This document shows, piece by piece, positions 21,427-30,599 of a stretch of DNA of 64,000 bases. The position numbers were made by a program, and so were the translations under genes. Below the pieces are notes generated by a model that was not told the origin of the DNA, ran no database searches, and saw only the letters and a program-made list of their open reading frames with translations. This stretch comes from Acinetobacter phage vB_AbaSt_W16: the sequence record PP174317.1; one strand, written 5' to 3'. Positions within the stretch are counted from its first letter, which is position 1. The number at the start of each line of letters is the position of its first letter.

Positions 21427-21535
21427 GACGACTTCCTATAAAAAGAGTTGTATAAAATTCAATAAATGGCCAGACTAACACGCCAATGCCTGTTAGTCCG
21501 AGTGTTACTGCAACATATATTTCAATAATACTCAT
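21416..21535 (-). CDS. unannotated 38-aa hydrophobic ORF between rIIA and rIIB
   Basis: MSIIEIYVAVTLGLTGIGVLVWPFIEFYTTLFIGSRHAK read from the reverse complement. Its ATG overlaps the rIIA stop (TAATG) and its 3' end overlaps the rIIB ATG. Confidence 0.35.
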   Translation of the reverse strand: MSIIEIYVAVTLGLTGIGVLVWPFIEFYTTLFIGSRHAK

Positions 21536-23739
21536 TAAGTACCCAATAGTTTAACGATGTCATTTATCATATGATCATCGAGTGAATATTTGTTATCCAA
21601 AACATAATATATTGTAGGGTGTTTTTCGCGGAAAGCGAGTAACTTTTTCTTATATGCATTTTCAGCCGCAATATGTCTTTCATTATATAAAACAATTGCG
21701 TCATTTAATCCTGGATAAGAAGACCCTCCAATTATACGAATATCTCTAACCTTTTTAAATAACCGATGCATTTCAACAGCTTCTTCACTGCGTGGAGCAG
21801 TTAATAAAGGTATAATAGATTTCACCAATTTTTCACTGCTTAACACATTTTGAATAAATGTTGATGTATTACTAAAAGAATATTTGCTTTCTGGAAAATC
21901 AGTTAGTAATTTAATCACAAGATCACACATATCTTTGAATGCGCAAATTAAATTACTATTAGCAGATACTCGTTTATAAATTGATGGTCGAACCAAATAC
22001 AATTTAGTAATACCTTGCTTCGCTAATATATCTCGTACGGTATATTGACTGAGATTATTAATCGTACTAAAATTAAATGATTTTGCTGAAACATTATCGC
22101 GATAAAGACCCAACACATAACCATTTAATTCTTTAATTTCATTACTAGTCAAATACAATAATTTAGTATCCCAAGATTTACGTTTTTCATTGTACTCCAT
22201 AACTTCCGCATTTGGAGATGCAGGTCGTTTTTCAGCCGGTGCAGTACGAGGTTTTTTAACGCCATATCCTGGAACTAATTTGCGAATATCTTCCATTTCA
22301 CTTGATTTATACACATGTACAATATCATCGCCCATTACCGACTTAATTTCATTAATAACATTAAGACCGGATGGTGAATTTTGCACCACTAATACATGAT
22401 CGTATTCTCTTAAAGCATCATCTTCTGTTGAATGACATAAACCTTTAATGGCAGCACGAGTTTTATGCATTGTTGTATCGCATATAATAATCCATGCCCG
22501 GCGTTTTGTATAGGTATAAATTCGATCTACTGATGTTTCAGATACCTTTAAACGACGATATGAACTTGGCTCTACCAATTTACGCACCTTTGGTGAGTAC
22601 TTATCGGCTATATAAACGGTTGAATGATTTACAATTGCTTCGCGTAAATGAGGCATCTCAACTGATTTATTCAATTCTTTAATTGTCATGCCTAAAAATT
22701 TGATGCCTTTAGACTCAAGAATTGAATATTGTGAACCTGGTAAATTATGCAACTTACGTAAAAGTTCACGACGATTTGTGATCTTTTGCAAAGAAGCAAT
22801 ATCTGCAGCCATTTGTTGCTCATTTAATGTGTTAACACGTGTTCGCACATTTTTAAGAGTTCGTTCGTCAAATTGCAGTTCCTCTCGTGAAGGCTGCGGC
22901 ATTAATTCACCTGATGCAAAGTGAATATATGTGACGTCACTTTTTGTGCGTAACCAAGATGCATCAACGCCATCGACACCATTTAATGGATATACAATTG
23001 AGCCATAAATTGCATATACACCATTCGGTTCAACACTCATACGTTTATTTTCAATAATATGGCATTGACGAGTTGCAAACCAATCATCATTATAACCACG
23101 TAAATCATATAAAGATAATATATCCAGATTTACGCCTAAAACCTGATACGCCGATTTTGGGAATGGTCGTAAAATACGAACAAGTTCATTATGCCATTTG
23201 GGAATATCATCAATTTTACAAGGTACAGTTACTTCAATACCATCTTTATCCCCTTCTTCATATGGTCCAGAATAAACTTTAACCAATTGAGGTTCGCCGC
23301 CAGATAACATTGCATTATAAATTGTACAAATTCCAGCATGATATGACGCCACAGTAAAGGTATCTGTGTATGAGAATGGAGATTTTGCACCCAGTCCAAA
23401 TGCACCCGTTTGTCTATCACAATCTGCTTTAGTTGATGCAAAGTATTGCGTGTAAATAGTGGTCATGTCTTCTTCATCTAGACCTGGACCAAAATCACGT
23501 ACTACAAATCGAGGATCAAGCTCATTTGGTGCTTTAATTATAAAAGGTGTATCTTGATTATTTGCAATAATATGAGCATCATTTGCATTGCAAATAACTT
23601 CACGCACAACAGCACGAATTTTATGTTTATAGATACCACTTGACAAAATTTGGAATGCTTTTGCATTTGCCGCAATAGTAAAACTTTGTGCTTTACCTGC
23701 ATTACCCAAAATAACTTCTTGTTCAACATGCATTTTCAT
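21535..23739 (-). CDS. rIIA: rIIA protein
   Basis: 734 aa; the N-terminal GHKL-ATPase-like region (AKAF.ILS..IYKHKIRA..RE...NA.D, VRDFG.GL, GGFGLG.K.PF.YTD.FTV.S) matches T4 rIIA. Confidence 0.9.
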   Translation of the reverse strand: MKMHVEQEVILGNAGKAQSFTIAANAKAFQILSSGIYKHKIRAVVREVICNANDAHIIANNQDTPFIIKAPNELDPRFVVRDFGPGLDEEDMTTIYTQYFASTKADCDRQTGAFGLGAKSPFSYTDTFTVASYHAGICTIYNAMLSGGEPQLVKVYSGPYEEGDKDGIEVTVPCKIDDIPKWHNELVRILRPFPKSAYQVLGVNLDILSLYDLRGYNDDWFATRQCHIIENKRMSVEPNGVYAIYGSIVYPLNGVDGVDASWLRTKSDVTYIHFASGELMPQPSREELQFDERTLKNVRTRVNTLNEQQMAADIASLQKITNRRELLRKLHNLPGSQYSILESKGIKFLGMTIKELNKSVEMPHLREAIVNHSTVYIADKYSPKVRKLVEPSSYRRLKVSETSVDRIYTYTKRRAWIIICDTTMHKTRAAIKGLCHSTEDDALREYDHVLVVQNSPSGLNVINEIKSVMGDDIVHVYKSSEMEDIRKLVPGYGVKKPRTAPAEKRPASPNAEVMEYNEKRKSWDTKLLYLTSNEIKELNGYVLGLYRDNVSAKSFNFSTINNLSQYTVRDILAKQGITKLYLVRPSIYKRVSANSNLICAFKDMCDLVIKLLTDFPESKYSFSNTSTFIQNVLSSEKLVKSIIPLLTAPRSEEAVEMHRLFKKVRDIRIIGGSSYPGLNDAIVLYNERHIAAENAYKKKLLAFREKHPTIYYVLDNKYSLDDHMINDIVKLLGT

Positions 23740-23892
23740 ATTAAAATTCTCATTGAATACTATCTAAGTACAACATATACAATATCATAAGTTGTTTGAT
23801 TTGTACAATCTTTAAGTCCTGCATTTGATTTGGATCAAGAAATGTATTCAATTCTTGATCCAATGCAATTTCATAATCTGTATATGTTTTCA

Positions 23893-24099
23893 TTACAAAC
23901 CATGGCGTTTAAGTAATTCAATTGCTTTACGTTCATCTTCTTCGGATGCAACGCCTGCTTCTAAACGAGCCGCCATTTCCAGGTTTAAATTACGTTCAAT
24001 TGCGGCTTCATGTACATCAAAAAAACGTTCAGTTGAATGATGTTGTCGTTTAATAGCTTCAGCAAGATTTTTTTTATTAATTACAGGTGGACAAATCAT
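23893..24099 (-). CDS. hypothetical protein
   Basis: 68-aa ORF upstream of rIIA. Confidence 0.3.
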   Translation of the reverse strand: MICPPVINKKNLAEAIKRQHHSTERFFDVHEAAIERNLNLEMAARLEAGVASEEDERKAIELLKRHGL

Positions 24100-24111
24100 T
24101 TCAATTTCCTC

Positions 24112-24438
24112 TTACATTGCAAGTAAAGTTACAGTAGCTTTACCATTTTCAAATTTAGATACTTCCATAATGAACTGTTCGCCGATGATTGATTTACATT
24201 CATATAAACCTTCACCTTTACGGATGTAGTTTACATTCCAGAATGCAATCATTGTATCATATTCTTCTTTAGAAGTTACATTAATTACAAAAGTAGACAT
24301 ACCTTTCTTATTAAAAACTTTCCAATCAATCTCACCAATTTTACCTTCCATTTTGTTTAAAGTGAAAGATACATCAGAAAGAATAATGTTAGTCATTTTA
24401 ATTTGAAAACGTTCTGCTTTTTTAGTTAATGTAGCCAT
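24112..24438 (-). CDS. hypothetical protein
   Basis: 108-aa ORF. Confidence 0.4.
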   Translation of the reverse strand: MATLTKKAERFQIKMTNIILSDVSFTLNKMEGKIGEIDWKVFNKKGMSTFVINVTSKEEYDTMIAFWNVNYIRKGEGLYECKSIIGEQFIMEVSKFENGKATVTLLAM

Positions 24439-24511
24439 GATAATTTACTCAGTGTTTGTTCATTTGATGTAGTTATTATATAAGAATTTAATAAGCATGT
24501 AAACCCTTTAA

Positions 24512-24546
24512 ATGAAAAAAGGTGCAAATAATGCACCTTTTTATTA
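24512..24546 (-). terminator. rho-independent terminator
   Basis: aaaggtgca-aataa-tgcaccttt hairpin flanked by A-runs and T-runs. Confidence 0.55.
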
Positions 24547-25173
24547 AAGTTTTAAAATAGTACCATATAAACGACGAACATATGTACGATAATCAACAAG
24601 AGTCTCTTCATCGACATAATATTGCGGAACATTTAACCAGTGTTCAGCACCCATATTATCAACAATATAAGGCACATTGAGTTGGTAATCATATTTGATA
24701 TTATGAACATATCGACGACGTTGGCCGTCTGTATAGTCTACAAGGATTTCAGCGCCAAGTAAAAATTTACAATCTCTAAAATATGGTGTTAGTTCAGGTC
24801 GTTCATATCTTTCATGTAAAACTACTTTTGCATTTACACCTTTTAAAACTAACATTTGACGACCATCATGTGGGTGTTCATCTACATAATAAGATTCGAG
24901 CCAACGATGTTCATTTGTAAATTCATCACCAAAAATTAAATCCAACCAAGTTGTACCTGGGTTAAGTTTAACATTTGCACGAACGTTTACCGTAATAATA
25001 TCAGTAAGATTATATTTATAATCAAGTTCAAAAATTTGGCCGTCTTTATAATTATCTAAACGCATCCAACCCAAACCTACAATATTAAGTAGTGCAATAT
25101 GAGTAAACTTTTCTGGGTTATAAACACCTGCATCCAAAATCAATTCACGTAAAGTATTCATATTAATCCTCAT
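24544..25173 (-). CDS. hypothetical protein
   Basis: 209-aa ORF. Confidence 0.4.
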   Translation of the reverse strand: MRINMNTLRELILDAGVYNPEKFTHIALLNIVGLGWMRLDNYKDGQIFELDYKYNLTDIITVNVRANVKLNPGTTWLDLIFGDEFTNEHRWLESYYVDEHPHDGRQMLVLKGVNAKVVLHERYERPELTPYFRDCKFLLGAEILVDYTDGQRRRYVHNIKYDYQLNVPYIVDNMGAEHWLNVPQYYVDEETLVDYRTYVRRLYGTILKL

Positions 25174-25284
25174 TTAAATGCTTTTTAAACTTTTCTTTTC
25201 TGTCATATTTTGACTTGTCTTTTACAACCTGCATCTTAAATGCAGGTGTTCTAACAGCTTTTGCAACTGGATTACGTTTATTTC

Positions 25285-25524
25285 TCATTTCTTCTCCTTG
25301 TATGATTGATACAATCGATATGGCGTCATGAGACCAATAAGTAAATAAATTAGTAGATATACTAATGAAGAAAATAGCAATCCTATAACTGGCATTTGAC
25401 CAATAAAATCGGTTTTGTTTGGACCGAATTTATGATCATGATGACCTTCATTAACGTATCGATTCCAACTAAATGTACCTTTCAAATTTGTCTTAACAAT
25501 TTTAATTAACTTTTTCATTTCCAT
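25285..25524 (-). CDS. small membrane protein
   Basis: 79 aa with a C-terminal TM helix (VIGLLFSSLVYLLIYLLIGL). Confidence 0.4.
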   Translation of the reverse strand: MEMKKLIKIVKTNLKGTFSWNRYVNEGHHDHKFGPNKTDFIGQMPVIGLLFSSLVYLLIYLLIGLMTPYRLYQSYKEKK

Positions 25525-26783
25525 AACTCCAAATATTTGGTTTCTAAATCTTCTGGCACAAAGAAATGGCTTGCAAAAAATGCGTCCATACCTGTGACAA
25601 GATTTCGATCTTCACGAATAGACATACCACATGCTTTGTCACCAATAATCCATGAGCCAATGATCGGATAATATCCATCGTGCGGTTGAATTTCATGCCA
25701 TTGTTGGTACATATAGCCCCAATGATCATATTCAGGTACTTTGTGAGAACCCGGAGCCAAATGACTAAGCTCTTCGCCAGAACAAAAATGCGAACGATAG
25801 ATGTTTGAACCTTCGCGGCCATGAATTGCTTTCTTAGCATATTGACCCGATTTTGGATGATGATTCCCATCAAAACTCGCCAATAAATTAGGGTGATTAG
25901 GGAACATTTCCCATAACTTAATAAGCATTGCTTTGTTTGAAAGCAGCATTTTCCATGCGGGTTCCATCCAACGAGTGTTAGTACAGTCAAGAATGTCAGA
26001 ACCAAATTTCTCTTCAGTCATCCATTCCCAAGGATAAAGTTTAAAACAATTTTTGATCTCTTGGTCTTGAAGATCGATAAACGATTTAGTTTCAGGGCCT
26101 GTGCCAATACGTTCTTTCAAAAGACCAATATCTTGCATTTGCAATTCTTTAACAGATAAACCAGCACGAAGTGCAGAATCCATCAAATAAACTAAATTAC
26201 CAAAGTCTTCATGACGGAATCCACCGCTTGATGCAAAATGAACTAATTCGCCTGGTTTAAATCGTTCCTGCCAAACTTCTTGAAGAGTTTCATCAATAAG
26301 ATTATATTGAATACGCAGATCATCTGGATAATCACGACCGTCTGGTAATTTTTGCATACTTTCAATATAATTCCATTGTGCTACAGAACATTCAAGAATT
26401 GAAACTGGAGTGTCGCCATTATACTCAAACATTTTTAATGAGTCATCAGAGCCAAAAGCAAGATCGAAACGTCCATATAATGATTTATCACCACGATTCC
26501 AAGATTGTTCAATTAAAGGAATCGAATTTTCATCCAAATTGAAGTACTCAGGATAATCACCAGATTTGATCATTTGTTCTACCATTGCATAAGACATATC
26601 GTGTAAGTCTTGTGATGCAGCTTGAATACGGTCAATTTCACTTTCTGACATTCCATATACAACGCCTTCTTGCCAATATGGTGCAGCATCAGGTCCAGAA
26701 GGGGCATTCCAATAATTGAAGCCAATTCCCTCTAAAAGTTCAATGTGATTAGGACGGATTTCGAAATTGCTATGGCGTTTCAT
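25515..26783 (-). CDS. glutathionylspermidine synthase-family ATP-grasp ligase (YgiC/YjfC-like)
   Basis: 422 aa; FDLAFGSDDSLKMFEYNGDTP, FIDLQDQEIKNCFKLYPWEWM, RWMEPAWKMLLSNKAMLIKLWEMFPNHPNLL, KKAIHGREGSNI and IGSWIIGDKACGMSIREDRNLVT are colinear with E. coli YgiC/GspS synthetase-domain motifs. Confidence 0.8.
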   Translation of the reverse strand: MKRHSNFEIRPNHIELLEGIGFNYWNAPSGPDAAPYWQEGVVYGMSESEIDRIQAASQDLHDMSYAMVEQMIKSGDYPEYFNLDENSIPLIEQSWNRGDKSLYGRFDLAFGSDDSLKMFEYNGDTPVSILECSVAQWNYIESMQKLPDGRDYPDDLRIQYNLIDETLQEVWQERFKPGELVHFASSGGFRHEDFGNLVYLMDSALRAGLSVKELQMQDIGLLKERIGTGPETKSFIDLQDQEIKNCFKLYPWEWMTEEKFGSDILDCTNTRWMEPAWKMLLSNKAMLIKLWEMFPNHPNLLASFDGNHHPKSGQYAKKAIHGREGSNIYRSHFCSGEELSHLAPGSHKVPEYDHWGYMYQQWHEIQPHDGYYPIIGSWIIGDKACGMSIREDRNLVTGMDAFFASHFFVPEDLETKYLELWK

Positions 26784-26845
26784 ACTTTACTCATTTTTTA
26801 AAGATTTCAGAAATTTTACACTAATAATAAAAACATGTAAACATT

Positions 26846-27130
26846 TTATCTAAATTTAGTGTATTCACATCGATGTTGTGGGATTTTCATATAACGATCG
26901 GCTAATGTTAAATTAACATATGTACCATCGGAATACCATGTAATAGAACTATCATTACCTGTATACGTGACAATCGAATCACCCGAAAGTGATAAACACT
27001 TAAGCGTAACTGTACCGGCAGGTGTATATTCTTGATTTGCTTTTGGGTGTTGCATTACAAAAATACTTAATGCAATAATAATTCCAATAATTAAACAGAA
27101 TATCATTTGACCATTATTTAATTTATTCAT
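26846..27130 (-). CDS. small membrane-anchored protein
   Basis: 94 aa with an N-terminal signal-anchor/TM segment (IFCLIIGIIIALSIFVM). Confidence 0.4.
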   Translation of the reverse strand: MNKLNNGQMIFCLIIGIIIALSIFVMQHPKANQEYTPAGTVTLKCLSLSGDSIVTYTGNDSSITWYSDGTYVNLTLADRYMKIPQHRCEYTKFR

Positions 27131-27140
27131 AAAAACTCCA

Positions 27141-27156
27141 AAGGGCCGAAGCCCTT
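27141..27156 (-). terminator. rho-independent terminator
   Basis: aagggc-cgaa-gccctt hairpin with a U-run on the minus-strand transcript. Confidence 0.5.
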
Positions 27157-27161
27157 AATTA

Positions 27162-27683
27162 TTAACCACCTGAAGATACTGCACCACCGAAACCACCACG
27201 AGAAGTTGACGTACTACGAGACACTGCAGCGGCTTTAGTTGAAACCGCACGTGATTCGGTTGCTCGATATGAATTTAACGTGTTTCGAGCCGGCGGAACA
27301 TATGCACTTGATCCCATTGCTTGTTGACGAGATTTAAATGAATTATATGACCCATTAGACATCATATTGCCGAGCATCATGCCCATTGCGCCAGCCATCA
27401 TCATATCCATGCCACTAAATCCTGAATTTGATGCAGCTTGTGTTGCGGCGGCAGGATCAGTTTTATGCAATTCAAGTAATTTTACCCAATCTTCGTATGT
27501 GCCGGTATAACCTTTAGCTTTGGCCTCTTCATATGATTTGCTTAAAGTATCAGCGACTTGAACAAATGCACCTTCAGGAGTTTGCGCTACATTTGATGCA
27601 ACAGCAACAGAATCATCTTTGGCACAGCCTGCTAATACAAAGGCAGGTACCATCAACATTACAATAGATTTTTTCAGTTTCAT
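27162..27683 (-). CDS. putative lipoprotein with Met-rich segment
   Basis: Signal peptide ending in the lipobox LAGC, a Met-rich block MDMMMAGAMGMMLGNMMSNG, and an S/T/G-rich C-terminus. Confidence 0.6.
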   Translation of the reverse strand: MKLKKSIVMLMVPAFVLAGCAKDDSVAVASNVAQTPEGAFVQVADTLSKSYEEAKAKGYTGTYEDWVKLLELHKTDPAAATQAASNSGFSGMDMMMAGAMGMMLGNMMSNGSYNSFKSRQQAMGSSAYVPPARNTLNSYRATESRAVSTKAAAVSRSTSTSRGGFGGAVSSGG

Positions 27684-27690
27684 TTTTCAC

Positions 27691-28032
27691 CTAGATATCA
27701 ATAGAAGAGAATTGTGCAATAATAGTCAAACCTACTGAAATGAAGATAAGACCGACCCATGCACCAAGGTCTAAATTTTGATTAAGCATTATTTTTGCAA
27801 GAAATGCAGTAGCAACGGCACCAAGGCCTGACCACATAACATACAATATACCAGCTTGCATATATTTTAATGCGATAACACAAGCAATAAATGATCCAGT
27901 GTATAATATTGCACCAATTATAAGAGGTCCAATATTATTAAAACCGTCTGCCTTTGCCATATAAATGGTTGATATTACATCAGTGGCTATTGCTACCAAT
28001 AGCCACATTACACCTATTTGACTAGATGTCAT
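27691..28032 (-). CDS. small multidrug resistance (SMR/EmrE-like) family transporter
   Basis: 113 aa with four TM helices; the pattern ...IATDVISTIYMAK..GF.......IGAILYTGSFIACVIALKYMQAGILYVMWSGLGAVATAFLAKIM.NQ.L parallels EmrE/SugE, with a charged residue in TM1. Confidence 0.7.
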   Translation of the reverse strand: MTSSQIGVMWLLVAIATDVISTIYMAKADGFNNIGPLIIGAILYTGSFIACVIALKYMQAGILYVMWSGLGAVATAFLAKIMLNQNLDLGAWVGLIFISVGLTIIAQFSSIDI

Positions 28033-28385
28033 TTGAATTCACCCAAAACATTATATGCCTTTTTAAGCCATTCATCACGAGTCAAATAAGGGCCAATATC
28101 CGATGTAAATAACTTGATGACTTTCCATGTACGTTCAGTATAACGAGAGTATGACCAATCAGCAAATAATCCAATCCCTGATTCATCCATATCTGGTTTT
28201 TTAATACCAAAAATACGACGAATAGTTCGGGATTCAGATACATCACCCCACTCGTCAGTAGACCATCCAAATGTTTTGCCGATAACACATGTTTTATATT
28301 CACCCATACTAAATTCAGTATCTTGAGGTAATTGTTCAACAGCTTCAATAGCACGGATAAGGCCGTTAATTAAATTAACTTTCAT
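28029..28385 (-). CDS. hypothetical protein
   Basis: 118-aa ORF. Confidence 0.4.
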   Translation of the reverse strand: MKVNLINGLIRAIEAVEQLPQDTEFSMGEYKTCVIGKTFGWSTDEWGDVSESRTIRRIFGIKKPDMDESGIGLFADWSYSRYTERTWKVIKLFTSDIGPYLTRDEWLKKAYNVLGEFK

Positions 28386-28429
28386 TTTGATTTGCTCATG
28401 TTATTTGGTATGTTCATATAATAATAAAA

Positions 28430-28454
28430 AATCCAGGCTATGTACATAGCCTGG
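28430..28454 (-). terminator. rho-independent terminator (TGTACA-loop family)
   Basis: tccaggctatg-taca-tagcctgga hairpin preceded by an A-run. Confidence 0.55.
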
Positions 28455-28469
28455 ACAAAAATATTTTAA

Positions 28470-29489
28470 TTATTCTACTTTATGCACAGCAAAATCTTGT
28501 TCAGTCCAATATTCACGCACATCAACTTGAACAATTTTCTGCAATTCGCCCTTAAGTTTAGATGGAGCTTCTGCTTGATTAATACTAATACCTTCACGTT
28601 CAGCTTCAGTAAGTAGATCGTGCATTGTCATACCTAAAAGTTTACCAAACATTTTTGGATTTAATTCACCAATATGTGAGGCGACATTTGAAATACGAGC
28701 TTTTGTTGAAAACTCTGATAACTTATTCAAAAGGTCTTTATCTGCTTCCGATAAAGGTACCGGAATTTTAGGTAATTTACCTTTACCCTTTTCTTTAAAT
28801 TTATCAGTTTTGTATTTGATGGCAACACGTGAACCGTTATTTAAAAACAATGGGTATACAGGTTTAATAACAAGACCTTCACCTACATTATCAGTTGGAG
28901 CTGGTTGTGCATGATAACCATACATATTGTCCCAAGTTAATGATGGTACAATTGTATTAAATTCAACAGGCAATTTAAGAAGTTGTTCCAAACTACCATG
29001 GGCAATTAAAGGCGCAATTTTTAAACCATGATGTTCACAAAATGCTTGCACACTACGGTCATCCCACCAACCATTTGAAATTCCTGCCGCCGGCGCATCT
29101 AAAAAGATATCGAAAACATAAAATGATTTTGGACCATAATCAACTTCTTTTTGAATATTACCACCAGCATATTCACCAAAGATTTGCATTGAATTCCAAC
29201 CGTCGCCATTATCAATAAGTAATTTTTGAACAGCTTTAAATACATCATCCAAATCTTTCATTACATCTTCATAACCAAAGAATTTTTCAGTTGGGCCGAT
29301 TGGCCCTGAACGTTTACAAGCTTGAATGTTGTCTTTAGTAATGATAATTGAGAAGTTTGTACCATGGATTTTTTCACGGGCCACAAATTCACATGCATTG
29401 CCACCATTTTGAGCAGCAACATCAAAACAGGCCTGGATGAATTTACCATTAGTATGATTTTCAAGGCTTGAATATTTTTTAAAAGTCAT
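28470..29489 (-). CDS. rnl2: RNA ligase 2 (Rnl2-like)
   Basis: MTFKKYSSLENHTN.KF, REKIHGTNFSII, FGEYAGGNIQK.VDYG.K.FYVFDI, NGSRVAIKYK..KF.EK and LSEAD..L match T4 Rnl2 (gp24.1). Confidence 0.85.
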   Translation of the reverse strand: MTFKKYSSLENHTNGKFIQACFDVAAQNGGNACEFVAREKIHGTNFSIIITKDNIQACKRSGPIGPTEKFFGYEDVMKDLDDVFKAVQKLLIDNGDGWNSMQIFGEYAGGNIQKEVDYGPKSFYVFDIFLDAPAAGISNGWWDDRSVQAFCEHHGLKIAPLIAHGSLEQLLKLPVEFNTIVPSLTWDNMYGYHAQPAPTDNVGEGLVIKPVYPLFLNNGSRVAIKYKTDKFKEKGKGKLPKIPVPLSEADKDLLNKLSEFSTKARISNVASHIGELNPKMFGKLLGMTMHDLLTEAEREGISINQAEAPSKLKGELQKIVQVDVREYWTEQDFAVHKVE

Positions 29490-29525
29490 TTTATGTCTCC
29501 AAAATAATTTAGGGATAAGATTAAT

Positions 29526-29903
29526 TTAAATGTCGCTTTCTACAATACCAAAAATTACACTGGTATCCACATCTTCAAGTTTATGGATGATAATTCTAAG
29601 GCCTTTAACAATTCCGGTAATTTGGTTAAAATCACCATCTGATAAGGTTTTAAAGGCATCTTGACCACCATAATGTACAATGAAAGGGTCGTCTAATTGA
29701 ATATAATGAGTTTTTAATGGATTTTTTGCGTATCGTTTAATACTTTCCAAATCGTATGATAGATTCAGTTTTAATAAATCGTTATATTTTGGAAAGCGTT
29801 TAAGAGCTTTAATAATTAATGATCGATCTTTAGGGTCCGCCAGTTTAATGGCATCATTAAAAGACTTAATGAATGTATTATAAACATCTGGAGTGAGAAG
29901 CAT
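29526..29903 (-). CDS. hypothetical protein (paralog of 30114..30578)
   Basis: 125 aa; the N-terminal YNTFIKSFNDAI...FPKYNDL is shared with the ORF at 30114. Confidence 0.4.
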   Translation of the reverse strand: MLLTPDVYNTFIKSFNDAIKLADPKDRSLIIKALKRFPKYNDLLKLNLSYDLESIKRYAKNPLKTHYIQLDDPFIVHYGGQDAFKTLSDGDFNQITGIVKGLRIIIHKLEDVDTSVIFGIVESDI

Positions 29904-29904
29904 T

Positions 29905-30138
29905 TTATTTTCCTTTACTTAAATTTGCCCGAACAAAACAGTCTTTTGCTTCTAATAACTTACGCAACCCCGTCTGTGTTTCTTCACATGCGGGCAAAGA
30001 TAAAACCATTTTCGCCGCAAGATCGCCTATACCTTTAGATACTTCTTGTAAGTGCGGTGGCAAATGGTCATATGCAAAATACTGTAAAATTGGATAAGAA
30101 TTTGCATAGAGTGTTAATTTCTCATTAGATTCAGACAT
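29905..30138 (-). CDS. hypothetical protein
   Basis: 77-aa ORF. Confidence 0.3.
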   Translation of the reverse strand: MSESNEKLTLYANSYPILQYFAYDHLPPHLQEVSKGIGDLAAKMVLSLPACEETQTGLRKLLEAKDCFVRANLSKGK

Positions 30139-30578
30139 TTTTCGCCTCCAGGTTTTTGTGGTTTTGGCGTACCGCGCACAACTAATCCAATTACTGGTGT
30201 ATTAGCATTAGTTGTTACATTGATACCTCGGGTAAAACGAATACAATAAACAACTTCAGCATCTAATATATTTGCAACACTATCACTACCTGTCGTTAAA
30301 CTACCCATCCAGCTTTTAACCGAAACAAATTCGCCCATGTCATTTACATATGTTGGGTCATCAACAAATTTAATGCCTGACGCTTTTAATTCAGCATATT
30401 TTGGAAATTCATTACGCATCTTAATAATCTGGTCTTTAAATTGACCCAAGTATTGATCATAGACTTTTTTACCGTCTCCAAACGTAATATAGCCGTTAAT
30501 AGCATCATTAAATGTTTTAATGAGATTATTGTAAATTTCGGCATTTAAAGGTACTGCACGTTTTACTACTTTAACCAT
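30114..30578 (-). CDS. hypothetical protein (paralog of 29526..29903)
   Basis: 154 aa; the N-terminal YNNLIKTFNDAI...FPKYAEL is shared with the ORF at 29526. Confidence 0.4.
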   Translation of the reverse strand: MVKVVKRAVPLNAEIYNNLIKTFNDAINGYITFGDGKKVYDQYLGQFKDQIIKMRNEFPKYAELKASGIKFVDDPTYVNDMGEFVSVKSWMGSLTTGSDSVANILDAEVVYCIRFTRGINVTTNANTPVIGLVVRGTPKPQKPGGEKCLNLMRN

Positions 30579-30599
30579 TTTAAATCTCCATAGTGGATG

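Noticed and set aside
23830-23863. 12-bp perfect inverted repeat ttggatcaagaa-N10-ttcttgatccaa upstream of rIIA
   Set aside because: It is probably just a hairpin at the 3' end of the upstream small gene. No flanking U-run or repeated occurrence was found, so it is not reported as a confident terminator or operator.
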